From Candidatus Eiseniibacteriota bacterium (GTDB lineage Bacteria > Eisenbacteria > RBG-16-71-46): DNA of 64,000 nt. Shown piece after piece: positions 10,604 through 19,834 of the stretch (positions are counted from its first letter, which is position 1; every line of letters starts with the position of its first letter). The notes beneath the pieces were generated by a model. The model did not search any database. It saw nothing but the letters and a program-made list of their open reading frames with translations, and was not told the origin of the DNA. Position numbers and translations under genes: made by a program. The stretch is from the NCBI GenBank assembly GCA_963725865.1, contig CAVSAC010000010.1:96001-160000 (forward strand), read 5' to 3'.

Positions 10604-11094
10604 AGGCCTTCGACCTCCTTCTTCTCCTCCGGAGTCAACTCCGCCAGCGAGAACCGGCTGAGATGCGCCAGGTCGAGCTCGTCGATGATGTCGACCATGC
10701 TGCGGAATTCCGCCTCGCGGTCGACCTTGATGACCACGATCAGCTCGTTGCTCGACTTGTACGGGTCGAACACCTTCTTGATGTCGTCGACGTCGGTGCG
10801 CGCCCACGGATCGGTCCCGCGCTTGTAGTACACGCGCCGGTCGCTGAGCACCCGCACCATCAGCACCTTCGACTCGGCCACCTCGATCTTCACGTCGTGC
10901 GGCGGGAGGTTGATCTCCAGCGCCTGCGGCGTGCGGAACACGGTCGTGACCATGAAGAAGATGAGCAGCAGGAACGCCACGTCCACCATCGGCGTCATGT
11001 CGATGCGGATGCCGACACGACGCTTCGGGCGATGGAAGCCCTTCTTGCCTTTCCCCCCCGAACTTCGTGGCTGGGGGGCATCAACCGCGCCCAT
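10600..11094 (-). CDS. exbD: ExbD/TolR family protein
   Basis: IDMTPMVDVAFLLLIFFMVTT motif with conserved Asp. Confidence 0.92.
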   Translation of the reverse strand: MGAVDAPQPRSSGGKGKKGFHRPKRRVGIRIDMTPMVDVAFLLLIFFMVTTVFRTPQALEINLPPHDVKIEVAESKVLMVRVLSDRRVYYKRGTDPWARTDVDDIKKVFDPYKSSNELIVVIKVDREAEFRSMVDIIDELDLAHLSRFSLAELTPEEKKEVEGL

Positions 11095-11121
11095 GGTGTC
11101 TCTCCCTCCCCGAAGTCAGGG

Positions 11122-11622
11122 TCACTTGGCCGGAGCGGCTGTCGGGTGGAGTCGTCCACCCGCGCCGCCTTCGAGATCGGTCATGACGTTGAACCGGGTG
11201 GCCTTCGCCGCCTCGAGCCCATCCATCATGTCCGCCATGATTCCGTAAGGTGCTGCCTTGTCCATCTTCACGATGACGCGAGCCGACGGGTTCGCCGCGC
11301 GTGCCTGCGAGAGAGTGGGACCGAGATCGGTCTTCACGTTGTCCTGCGTCAGCAGACGGTCCACCTCTTCGCCACCCTGACGCCACACCACCCGCACCGT
11401 CGGGATGTTCCCGTTCTCGGGCTTCGCCGCGGTGACCGCGATGGTGATGATCCCGGACTCCGGTGCCTTGGCCTCGGAGTTCGACTGGGGAAGCGTGATC
11501 TTGTCCTTCTCCGGCGGCTGGAACTGGGTCGTCGTCATGAAGAAGATGAGCAGCAGGAACGCGACATCGACCATCGGAGTCATATCGATGGAGATGCCGA
11601 TTCGCCGCATCTTCTTGAGCAT
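11122..11622 (-). CDS. exbD: ExbD/TolR family protein
   Basis: IDMTPMVDVAFLLLIFFMTTT motif. Confidence 0.92.
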   Translation of the reverse strand: MLKKMRRIGISIDMTPMVDVAFLLLIFFMTTTQFQPPEKDKITLPQSNSEAKAPESGIITIAVTAAKPENGNIPTVRVVWRQGGEEVDRLLTQDNVKTDLGPTLSQARAANPSARVIVKMDKAAPYGIMADMMDGLEAAKATRFNVMTDLEGGAGGRLHPTAAPAK

Positions 11623-11634
11623 GGCGTCGCCCCC

Positions 11635-12378
11635 TTACTTCTTTTCTGCGGCGGAAGCCGACAGCAGCTGGATGGCTTCGTACGACGCCTCGTCCATCAT
11701 GTAGTTGAAGCCGTCCACGCGCGTGACGAACACGTTGTACGTGATGATGCCGATGATCGCCGTGAAGAGTCCGCCGGCGGTGTTGATGAGCGCTTCCGAG
11801 ATGCCGACCGCCAGCTTGGTCGCGTCGACCGCGCCGCTATGGCCGAGTGCCGCGAACGAGCGGATCATGCCCAGCACCGTCCCGAGCAGTCCGATCATGG
11901 TCGCGATCGAGGCGATGGTCGAGAGGGCGATCAGGTTGCGCTCGAGCAGCGGCACCTCGAGGCCGTTGGCCTCCTGGATGGCCGCCTGGGTCTCGGAGAC
12001 GATCTTGTCCTTCGGAGCACCCTCGGCCTTCACGGCCTGGTAGCGCTCGAGGCCGGCGCGAATCACGTTCGCGGCGGAACCGCGCTGCTTCTTGCAGAGC
12101 TCCAGCGCGCCGGGGATGTTGCCCTCGCGGAGCGACTTGCGCACGTTGTTGAGGAACGTCGGCAGCGGGCCAGTGCCCTGTGCCTTCTTGAGGCTCCACA
12201 GTCGCTCGATGATGAATGCCGTCTCGAGGATGATCAGCATGATGAGCGCCGCGACCAGGTAGCCGCCCTGCTGGATGTTCTTGCCCTGCTCACCGAACAG
12301 CGTGGGCAGCGCAAGCCAGATCCCGATCGAGGCGACGAGAGCGGCGACGAATCCGATGGGCACCAGATAGCGATTCAT
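11635..12378 (-). CDS. exbB: MotA/TolQ/ExbB proton channel protein (alternative GTG start at 12387)
   Basis: LSTIASIATMIGLLGTVLGMIRSF and GISEALINTAGGL motifs. Confidence 0.92.
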   Translation of the reverse strand: MNRYLVPIGFVAALVASIGIWLALPTLFGEQGKNIQQGGYLVAALIMLIILETAFIIERLWSLKKAQGTGPLPTFLNNVRKSLREGNIPGALELCKKQRGSAANVIRAGLERYQAVKAEGAPKDKIVSETQAAIQEANGLEVPLLERNLIALSTIASIATMIGLLGTVLGMIRSFAALGHSGAVDATKLAVGISEALINTAGGLFTAIIGIITYNVFVTRVDGFNYMMDEASYEAIQLLSASAAEKK

Positions 12379-12523
12379 TGAGTCCACATCCTCCTTGCTC
12401 CACTCGCGGCGTCCTGCCGCCGCTCGAGGAGTTGCGATGTCCCAGCAGGGATCGCCCCCGCCGACCTGGGCCCGGATCCGGACCCCCGATTGAAAACGGA
12501 CTTCCCCGACCCGGTCGTCGAGG

Positions 12524-12874
12524 CTATCCCGCGTCCACCGCGAAGGCCGCGAGCGCGAGCTCCTCGGTCTCGTGATGGTCGAACACCATGATGAGCTTGG
12601 TCATGACGAACAGATCGTGCAGCTTCTTGCCGAGTCCGCACAGCTTGATCTCACCGCCGCGCCCGCGATAGTTCGCGTAGGCCCGCATGATCGCGCCGAT
12701 GGCGATCGAGTTGAGCGCCTGGCATTCGGACATGTTGAGGATGAGGCGCGTGTTGCCCGTCGCCGCCCCCGCCATCAACGCCTTCTCCAGCTCTTCGGTC
12801 TCGGTATCCCCGAAGAACGACCCCTTCGGGTAGACCACCGTGATGCTGCGAACGTCGCGTCGTCGGATGGCCAT
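12524..12874 (-). CDS. STAS-domain protein (anti-sigma factor antagonist-like)
   Basis: 116 aa; LILNMSECQALNSIAIGAIM...GGEIKLCGL...LFVMTKL pattern of SpoIIAA/RsbV. Confidence 0.85.
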   Translation of the reverse strand: MAIRRRDVRSITVVYPKGSFFGDTETEELEKALMAGAATGNTRLILNMSECQALNSIAIGAIMRAYANYRGRGGEIKLCGLGKKLHDLFVMTKLIMVFDHHETEELALAAFAVDAG

Positions 12875-12897
12875 ACGTTCCTTCCGCGCCGGCGGCG

Positions 12898-13245
12898 CTA
12901 GGCGGAGCCCCGCTCCGCGAAGCTCGCGATCGCCTGCTCCTCGGTGTCCGTGACGTCGAACACCAGCGACAACTTGGTGATCACGAAGATGTTCTGGATC
13001 TTCTTGTCGACCTGGCAGAGTTTCAGCTGGCCACCGCGCTTGAGGTAACTCGCGTGCGCCGAGATCAGGACTCCGAGCGCCGTCGAATTCAGGTGCTGGG
13101 TGTCGGCGAGATTGATGATGAGGGCCTTGTTGCCCGCCTCGCCGAGCTTGGTGATGGTCTGCTGGAGTTCGTCGGTCTCCTCGCCACCCGTCAGGTATCC
13201 CTTCGGGTAGAGGATCTCGATCGACCCAACCTGCCGATGCTTCAT
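12898..13245 (-). CDS. STAS-domain protein (anti-sigma factor antagonist-like)
   Basis: ATG at 13245 overlapping TPR stop; LIINLADTQHLNSTALGVLI...GGQLKLC...IFVITKL. Confidence 0.87.
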   Translation of the reverse strand: MKHRQVGSIEILYPKGYLTGGEETDELQQTITKLGEAGNKALIINLADTQHLNSTALGVLISAHASYLKRGGQLKLCQVDKKIQNIFVITKLSLVFDVTDTEEQAIASFAERGSA

Positions 13246-15044
13246 GGAGTCCCTCCCTGCCGCGCGCCCCCGGTGAGAGCGGCGAGGCCCTTCTTGGCTT
13301 CCGCGTTGTTGGCGTCGATCTCGAGCACGCGACGGTAGTTTTCGACGGCTTTGGCTCGGTTTCCCGAATTCTGATACCCCTGCGCCAGCCAGATCAGCGT
13401 CAGCATGTCCTTCGGGTTGCACGCGGTCGCCCGCTCGAGGAACCCCACCGCCTCGACGTATGACTTGTCCAGCAGCTCGTAGTACCCGAGTTGCCGGAGC
13501 GCGATGCACGTATTGGACGTCTTCCCGGTCGTATCGAGATCCACCGCACGCTGGAAGGCAACCCGCGCATCGGGAATGGACTTCATCTGATCCTGGAGTA
13601 AGCCGACCCAGAAGTAGCGGTCGGCCCGCGTGCTGTCGAGGGCCGCCGCCTGCTGGAGCGCCGCGAGCGCTTCGGGGAACTGCCCCATCTCCTTGTACGA
13701 CAAACCAGTGTAGTAGTAAGCCTCGCCGTTCAGCGGGTCAAGCGCGATTCGCCGTCCGAGGAGCCCGATCGCGCCCGGGTAGTCCTTCTGGCGGTATCGC
13801 AGCTTGCCGGCCTCGCCCAGCGCCAGCTTGCCGATCCAGGACGTCGAGTCCTTGTTGATGGCCGCCACGTAGACCGATTCCGCCTCCGCGAGCCGGCCCT
13901 TCAACTCGTGCAGGCGCGCGATCGTGATCATGTCCGCGGGCTCCGGCTCCCCCTTCGAGAACGCGTCGAAAGCGGCGTCGTACTCCCGCCGCTCGGCGAG
14001 GAGGCGCGCGTAGATCGTCCATGCCTCCTTGTTCTTGTCGCCGAGCGCGTCCGCCTGCTTGAACGCGGCGTAGGCCTCGTCCCGCGCCTTGGAGAAGTAG
14101 AGAGCGCGCGCCAGCACGCTCCACCCGCGTGGATCCTTCGGCTCCAGTTGCGTGTACTTCTCGAGCGGAGCGCGGGCTTCGCGATAGCGGTTCTGATCCG
14201 CCTGTCCGGCCCGATAGAGCAGGCTCCCGAGTGCCAGCTGCGCCGGCGCGAACTCGGGATCGCGGTCGGTCGCGATGCGGTACTGCTCGAGCGCGCTGGC
14301 GGCCCGCCCATCCTGGTCGAACGCGCGCCCGAGCGCGAACACCAGCTCGACGTCCGAGGTGTCGAGCGAGATCGCCGCCAGGAATTCCGGTACCGCGAGC
14401 CCCGGGATGCCGCGCTTCAGATAGAAATCGCCGAGCGCCCGGCGCGGCGCGGGATCCTCGGGCGCCAACTCGCGGGCGCGCGTGTAGTAGATGCCGGCAT
14501 CACGCAGCGAATCGCGCGAGAGCTCGGCGTCACCCATCGCGACGAGGAACTTCGGCTGCCACTTCGGCCCCCACTTGAGCCCCTCGCCGAGCGCCGCCAC
14601 CGCGCGCTCGTGCTGCCCGATCTGCACCAGACACTGCCCCAGCGCGAGCTGGGCGTCGGGGAACTTGCGGTCGATCTCGGTCGCCTTCTGGAACAGCGGC
14701 ACCGCGGTCGCGCAGTCGCCCCGACGGCGGGCGACCTCGCCCTCGCCCCAGTACGAGAGAGCGAGATTGGGGTCCATCTTCTGCGCGAGCTGGAACGCCT
14801 CGAGCGCCTTGTCGTACTGGCGACGCCGCAGCCACACCTGGCCCACGCCGGCGCGGCCCTCGGCCAACCCCTCGGCCGCGGCGCGCTCGAACGCGGCGAT
14901 GGCATCATCGTAGCGGCCCGCCTGGAGGGCCAGCCTTCCATCCTTGATCTGAGCGATCGAGACGCCCGGAACGGCGAGCAGCAGCAACACGAACGCGATC
15001 AGGCCCACGCGGAGGCCCCGGCTCATACGGTCGGAGGCGATCAT
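13242..15044 (-). CDS. Exported tetratricopeptide repeat protein
   Basis: Signal peptide (VSIA-Q) followed by many TPR-like repeats throughout. Confidence 0.85.
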   Translation of the reverse strand: MIASDRMSRGLRVGLIAFVLLLLAVPGVSIAQIKDGRLALQAGRYDDAIAAFERAAAEGLAEGRAGVGQVWLRRRQYDKALEAFQLAQKMDPNLALSYWGEGEVARRRGDCATAVPLFQKATEIDRKFPDAQLALGQCLVQIGQHERAVAALGEGLKWGPKWQPKFLVAMGDAELSRDSLRDAGIYYTRARELAPEDPAPRRALGDFYLKRGIPGLAVPEFLAAISLDTSDVELVFALGRAFDQDGRAASALEQYRIATDRDPEFAPAQLALGSLLYRAGQADQNRYREARAPLEKYTQLEPKDPRGWSVLARALYFSKARDEAYAAFKQADALGDKNKEAWTIYARLLAERREYDAAFDAFSKGEPEPADMITIARLHELKGRLAEAESVYVAAINKDSTSWIGKLALGEAGKLRYRQKDYPGAIGLLGRRIALDPLNGEAYYYTGLSYKEMGQFPEALAALQQAAALDSTRADRYFWVGLLQDQMKSIPDARVAFQRAVDLDTTGKTSNTCIALRQLGYYELLDKSYVEAVGFLERATACNPKDMLTLIWLAQGYQNSGNRAKAVENYRRVLEIDANNAEAKKGLAALTGGARQGGTP

Positions 15045-15066
15045 GGTATCGGTCTGAGTCTCCTGT

Positions 15067-16032
15067 TCAGTGCGAACCCAGCATCGGGGAGCGCCGGACG
15101 AATCGGACCGGCACCGAAGTCGGCACCAGGTCCGCTTGATGGACCAGCTCCTGCCCGTCGCGGCTGGTCACGTAGGTGATGAAGCCGCCACCGAGCGGCG
15201 GACCGTCGGTGCGGACGTAGAGATTGAAGAAGCGCGTGAGCGGATAGTCACCCTTGTACACGGTCTCCGGGTCGGGCTTCACGTAGGGCATCCCCCGCAG
15301 CGGCGCGAGGTGCAGCGCCCGCGCACCCCGGTCCGCCCAGGCCAGGCTCACGAAGCCGATCGCCGAGCGATCCTGCACCACCTGCGCGACCACAGCCGAG
15401 TCCGACACGGCGTAGCGCACGTGCGCTTCGATCGGCTGACCGCCCATGACTTCCTGCTCGAAGAACTGCGAGATGTCCGCCTCCACCGGCTGCATCACCG
15501 GCACCACGGTCGTCGCGGTGCCGCCGATCGCCGACCACTGCCTCGTTTCGCCCTGATAGATGCTCCGCAGGTCCTCCAGTGCCATGTTCTCCACCGGATT
15601 CGACGGATGCACGACCGCGACCACCGCGTCGCGAGCGAAACGGTACCCCTCCAGCTCCAGCCGCCCTCGCATCGCAGCGGCTCGCTCCTCGGGTCGCAGC
15701 TCGCGGGTGATGACCGCGACGTCCGCGCGCGCCGCGAACAGCGAATCGATGGCCGCCCGCGAATGGCCGGCCTGGACGTCGATCCGCGCCTGCGGATAGA
15801 GCGCGATGAACGAATCGCGGATTCGTGTGATCAGAGCCACCGCCTCGGGAGCGCACACGACCGAGATACGTCCACTGGTGAGCGAATCTTCCACGGGACC
15901 GCGGGCGGTCGGCGACGCACACCCGGAGAGGGCGACACCAATCCCGCACGCGAGCAGAATGGGAAGGAGGTTCCGCCCGCCGCGACCCGGTACCACGAAG
16001 CGCTGCAAGTGTAGGAACCGCGCCTGATTCAT
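15067..16032 (-). CDS. PstS-fold substrate-binding lipoprotein
   Basis: Lipobox LSGC; FARDAVVAVVHPSNPV...IYQG...W and AIGFVS, YPLTR motifs of the PBP_like_2 family. Confidence 0.8.
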   Translation of the reverse strand: MNQARFLHLQRFVVPGRGGRNLLPILLACGIGVALSGCASPTARGPVEDSLTSGRISVVCAPEAVALITRIRDSFIALYPQARIDVQAGHSRAAIDSLFAARADVAVITRELRPEERAAAMRGRLELEGYRFARDAVVAVVHPSNPVENMALEDLRSIYQGETRQWSAIGGTATTVVPVMQPVEADISQFFEQEVMGGQPIEAHVRYAVSDSAVVAQVVQDRSAIGFVSLAWADRGARALHLAPLRGMPYVKPDPETVYKGDYPLTRFFNLYVRTDGPPLGGGFITYVTSRDGQELVHQADLVPTSVPVRFVRRSPMLGSH

Positions 16033-16093
16033 GTCAATGGCCGCCTGCCCGGGAGGCCTTCCCGCACGGGACCCGCGCGACGAGGCGGCACGC

Positions 16094-16122
16094 ACACTAG
16101 TGAGCGGACCGGGGGGTGTCAA
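16094..16122 (-). promoter_or_regulatory. sigma70-like promoter for the PstS-like/TPR/STAS/Ton cluster
   Basis: TTGACA-N17-TAGTGT. Confidence 0.65.
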
Positions 16123-16170
16123 GGAATCCGCACCCGCGGCGGGCCCCCCCGGTTCGGCAGGGCGCCCCGC

Positions 16171-17487
16171 TCACGGCCGCAGGCGGTAGAGCATGCGAGG
16201 GAACGGGATGGTCTCCCGAACGTGGTCGAGTCCCGCGATCCAGGCCAGCGTGCGCTCGACCCCGATCCCGAAGCCGGAATGGGGCACCGACCCGTAGCGA
16301 CGGAGGTCCTTGTACCACTCGAAGTCCTCCTGCCGCAGGCCGTGTTCGTCCACGCGCTGGGTCAGCAGGTCGAGCGACGTCATGCGCTGCCCGCCCCCGA
16401 TGATCTCGCCGTAGCCCTCCGGCGCGAGGCAGTCGCACGAGAGGCACAGGCGCTCGTCCGCCGGGTCGGGCTCCATGTAGAACGCCTTCACCGCCGCCGG
16501 GTAGTTCGTCACGAACACCGGCGTGTCGAAGCGTCCCGAGATGGCCGTCTCGTCGGGCGCGCCGAAATCGCTCCCCCACTCGAACGCCAGGCCGGCGTCG
16601 TGCAGCATCTGCACCGCGTCGTTGTAGTGGATCCGCGCGAATGGTGCCCGCACGTGCTCGAGTCGCGCGGTGTCCCGCTCGAGCGTCTTCAGGTCGGCGG
16701 CGCGGCGCTCGAGCACCCGTGCGACCGTGTACACCAGCAGTCGCTCCTCGAGCGCGATCACGTCGTCGAGGGTCGCAAACGCCCATTCGGGCTCCATCAT
16801 CCAGAACTCGATCAGGTGGCGTCGCGTCTTGCTCTTCTCGGCGCGGAACGCCGGCCCGAAGCAGTAGGTGCGACCGAACGCCAGCGCCGCCGCTTCCTGG
16901 TACAGCTGGCCGCTCTGGGTGAGGTAGGCCTTCTGTTCGAAGTACGACGTCTCGAACAGCGTCGTCGTGCCTTCGCACGCGCTCGGCGTGAAGATCGGGC
17001 TGTCCACCAGCAGGAACCCCTCCCGGTCCATGAAGTCCCGGAACGAGGCGATCACCTCCGCGCGGATGCGCAGGATCGCCTGCTGGCGGGTCGAGCGGAG
17101 CCACAGGTGACGGTGATCCATCAGGAAGTCCGTCCCATGCTCCTTCGGGGTGATGGGATACGGCTCCGCTCGCGACACCACCACCAGCGCGCGCAGCCCC
17201 ATCTCCACTCCGCCCGGCGAGCGCGGATCCGCCCGCAGCCTCCCCCGCACCCGCACCGCCGATTCCTGCGTCAGGGTGCCGAGCGCCTCCCAGTCGGCCG
17301 CCGGCAGGTCATTCACGCCGGCGACGCACTGCAACGTGCCGCTGCCGTCCCGCAGCACCACGAACCGCACCTTGCCACTGGACCGGAGGTGGAGCACCCA
17401 GCCCCGCACCTCGATCTCCCCTTCCACATGTGCGGGGGCGTCCGCGATGCGGGTCCAGGGGGCGGCGGCGGTCGGGTCGGCGCTCAT
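16171..17487 (-). CDS. asnS: Asparagine--tRNA ligase
   Basis: OB-fold N-terminus, [55 protein letters not shown]; start set at MSADPT (17487). Confidence 0.96.
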   Translation of the reverse strand: MSADPTAAAPWTRIADAPAHVEGEIEVRGWVLHLRSSGKVRFVVLRDGSGTLQCVAGVNDLPAADWEALGTLTQESAVRVRGRLRADPRSPGGVEMGLRALVVVSRAEPYPITPKEHGTDFLMDHRHLWLRSTRQQAILRIRAEVIASFRDFMDREGFLLVDSPIFTPSACEGTTTLFETSYFEQKAYLTQSGQLYQEAAALAFGRTYCFGPAFRAEKSKTRRHLIEFWMMEPEWAFATLDDVIALEERLLVYTVARVLERRAADLKTLERDTARLEHVRAPFARIHYNDAVQMLHDAGLAFEWGSDFGAPDETAISGRFDTPVFVTNYPAAVKAFYMEPDPADERLCLSCDCLAPEGYGEIIGGGQRMTSLDLLTQRVDEHGLRQEDFEWYKDLRRYGSVPHSGFGIGVERTLAWIAGLDHVRETIPFPRMLYRLRP

Positions 17488-17590
17488 GGGGTTCTCCAGG
17501 CGGGTCGAGTCGGGTCGGTCGGGGTCATCCAGCCACGCGGGAGGGTACCGCGGGCCCCGCAGGCCCGGCCTGCACCCCGGCACATTCCCT

Positions 17591-17618
17591 TCAAGCACGC
17601 CGAAGGGCGGGCCGATAA
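17591..17618 (+). promoter_or_regulatory. Putative sigma28/FliA-type promoter for the plus-strand pair
   Basis: TCAAG-N15-GCCGATAA. Confidence 0.45.
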
Positions 17619-17636
17619 CGCGCATGGACGCACCGC

Positions 17637-17666
17637 ACGTTAGGGGCGTGCATCGCGCACTGTCAA
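17637..17666 (-). promoter_or_regulatory. sigma70-like promoter for asnS
   Basis: TTGACA-N18-TAACGT. Confidence 0.5.
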
Positions 17667-17745
17667 GGGACTGCACCACATGGCGGCTATGCACGGACGA
17701 CGGATCCACCACCTGCGAGCCCTTGCCCTCGAGCCCACGCGAGCC

Positions 17746-19827
17746 ATGGCGATGACCATGCCGCTCGCGAGCACGGACCGGGCGGCATGGCGGGCACTGT
17801 GCGCGCTCCTCTGCCTGCTCGCGCTCCTCGCGCTCGTGGCGCCCGCGCGCGCGCAGGATCCCGCCGCGGTCCCCGCCGGCTCGACCGCGCCCGAAGGCGC
17901 CACGCTCGAGGCGGAGGAGATCACCACGCCCCCCACGGCGCCGCAGCTGCAGCCGGCCGCGCATCCCGCTCCGCGCCCGGCGCGCCCGGTGCCGCCGGCC
18001 CCCGCGCCGCCCACGCCGGTGGTCGCGCCGACCACCTTGAACGACCTCGGCGCCTGGTCCGACTACAAGCTGCGCAGCCACATCGCCACGCTCCCGCACG
18101 AGGCACGGCTCTTCTACCGCCGCGGATTGGCGCTGCACCAGTCGGGATCGAACGAGGAAGCGGTACGCCTGGTGCGCGGCGCCTCCGAGCTCGATCCGTC
18201 GTTCGTGGCGCCGCATCTCACGCTGGCGTCCTGGTTCCTGCTCCACGAGCCCAGTCAAGCGCTGCTGCAGGTCGCGGCGGTGCTCGAGCTCTCGCGGCAG
18301 AACTTCCTGCTGCAGCTCGCGACCGCCGCCAACGCGCTCTACCTCGGACTCCAGGCACTGTTCCTGGGGCTCTTGTTCGCCTCCCTGATGGTGGTCGCCC
18401 TGCACCATCGCGAGCTCATCCACGGCTGGCGGGAACGGCTCGCGCTCCACGCCTCTCCCCTGACCGCGCGCTGGTGGGCGTGGGCGATCCTGCTGCTGCC
18501 GTTTGCGACCGGGATGGGTGTGGCGCTGCCCACCGTCGGGTACCTCGGCATGCTGTGGCCGAGTCTGCGGGCGCGCGAGCGCGCCCTGTGGGTGCTGCTG
18601 GTGCTGATGCTGGGCTCCCTCCCGTGGACGCTCGACGCGCTGGGGCGGCTGGCCGCACCACTTCGCGAGGACCAGGGGCCGCTGTTCGGAATCCCGATGG
18701 TCGAGAACGAGGCGTACTCCCGGGTTCGCCAGGACCGGCTCGCCGCGCTCGCGGCCCAGTACCCGCAGGACCCCTTCGTCCACTTCGGGCTCGGCTGGAT
18801 CGCCCGCCGCGGCGGGGATCTCGCCACTGCGGAGACGGAGTACCGGCGGGCGCACGCTTTGTGGCCCGACAATGACCGCGTGTGCGTCGACCTCGGCAAT
18901 GCGCTCGCGATGCAGGGGCGGGTGGACGAGGCGCTGGTCTTCTACCTCAGGGCCACGCGACTGGACCCGACCAACGCGGCCGCGTTCTACGACGCCGCGC
19001 AGATCTACACCCAGCGCTTCCAGTACCACGAGGCGAGCGACGCCATGGCCCGCGCTTCGGCGCTCAACTTCGATCTCGTGAAGTCCTATCAGTCGCAGGC
19101 CACCGATGACGGCCTGCTCCCGCTCATCGACCAGTGGCTGGCGCCGGCGACGTTCTGGCAGGCCATCACCGCGCCGAACGCCGAACCCCCCGTCCTCGCC
19201 GTGCCGCCGGCCTGGCGCGGCCACGTCGAGGTGTCCGGCTGGCGCTTCAGCATCCTCGCCGTGCTGTTCGCCTTCGCCGGCTTGGCGCTCGGCCTATGGC
19301 ACCACCGCACGTTGCCGCTGCGCGTCTGCAGCAACTGCGGCCGCGAGGTGTGCCGTCGCTGCGCCGAGCGCCGGCGCGAGTTGGCGCTGTGCCCGGCCTG
19401 CGCCGACGTCGAGGCGCGCGCCGAGAGCCCCGAGTTCGCCCGCGTGCTGTTGCTCCAGCACCGCAGCGCCCAGCTGGCGCGCCATCGGATGCTGCGCACC
19501 GCGCTCGCCACGCTGATCCCCGGCTTCGGCCTGCTCGCGTGCCGCCGAGTCGGGACGCCGTTGGTACTGATGGCGAGCACCGCGCTGCTCGCCAGCGCGC
19601 GGCTGGGACTCGCGGCGCCCTTCTCGTTCGAGCCCCGGTTGGCGCTCCCCGAGGCGGAGCTCCCGTTGCTCGCGAACGTCGCCCTCTGGGTCCTCGTCTA
19701 CGCGGTCTCGATCCTCTCCTACCTCGCGCAGCTCGCCCGGGTCCAGGCCCAGGAAGCCGCGCTGTCCGCGCCCGTGCGCAGCCGGTCGGTGCAGTCGACC
19801 CGGCGCGTCACGGCCGCGGCCGCGTGA
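17746..19827 (+). CDS. Multi-pass membrane protein with TPR repeats and a Cys-rich Zn-finger
   Basis: Signal peptide (PARA-Q), Pro-rich linker, TPRs, TM block, second TPR block, TM, CSNC-x3-VCRRC-x8-CPAC, C-terminal TMs; start uncertain (17680-17758). Confidence 0.75.
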   Translation: MAMTMPLASTDRAAWRALCALLCLLALLALVAPARAQDPAAVPAGSTAPEGATLEAEEITTPPTAPQLQPAAHPAPRPARPVPPAPAPPTPVVAPTTLNDLGAWSDYKLRSHIATLPHEARLFYRRGLALHQSGSNEEAVRLVRGASELDPSFVAPHLTLASWFLLHEPSQALLQVAAVLELSRQNFLLQLATAANALYLGLQALFLGLLFASLMVVALHHRELIHGWRERLALHASPLTARWWAWAILLLPFATGMGVALPTVGYLGMLWPSLRARERALWVLLVLMLGSLPWTLDALGRLAAPLREDQGPLFGIPMVENEAYSRVRQDRLAALAAQYPQDPFVHFGLGWIARRGGDLATAETEYRRAHALWPDNDRVCVDLGNALAMQGRVDEALVFYLRATRLDPTNAAAFYDAAQIYTQRFQYHEASDAMARASALNFDLVKSYQSQATDDGLLPLIDQWLAPATFWQAITAPNAEPPVLAVPPAWRGHVEVSGWRFSILAVLFAFAGLALGLWHHRTLPLRVCSNCGREVCRRCAERRRELALCPACADVEARAESPEFARVLLLQHRSAQLARHRMLRTALATLIPGFGLLACRRVGTPLVLMASTALLASARLGLAAPFSFEPRLALPEAELPLLANVALWVLVYAVSILSYLAQLARVQAQEAALSAPVRSRSVQSTRRVTAAAA

Positions 19828-19834
19828 GGGTGTG

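Noticed and set aside
15067..16032. Phosphate ABC transporter (pstSCAB)
   Set aside because: No pstC/A/B adjacent and phosphate-binding motifs look altered
17578..17594. Possible sigma54 -24/-12 site (CGGCACattcccTTCA)
   Set aside because: The invariant GC at -12 is missing
17488..17745. Possible T-box, riboswitch or sRNA upstream of asnS
   Set aside because: Only short GC hairpins; no T-box consensus or terminator/antiterminator recognisable
16171..19224. 1017-aa ORF suggesting a long N-terminal fusion to AsnRS
   Set aside because: The extension is antisense to the TPR membrane gene; AsnRS homology and an SD-like GGAG begin at 17487
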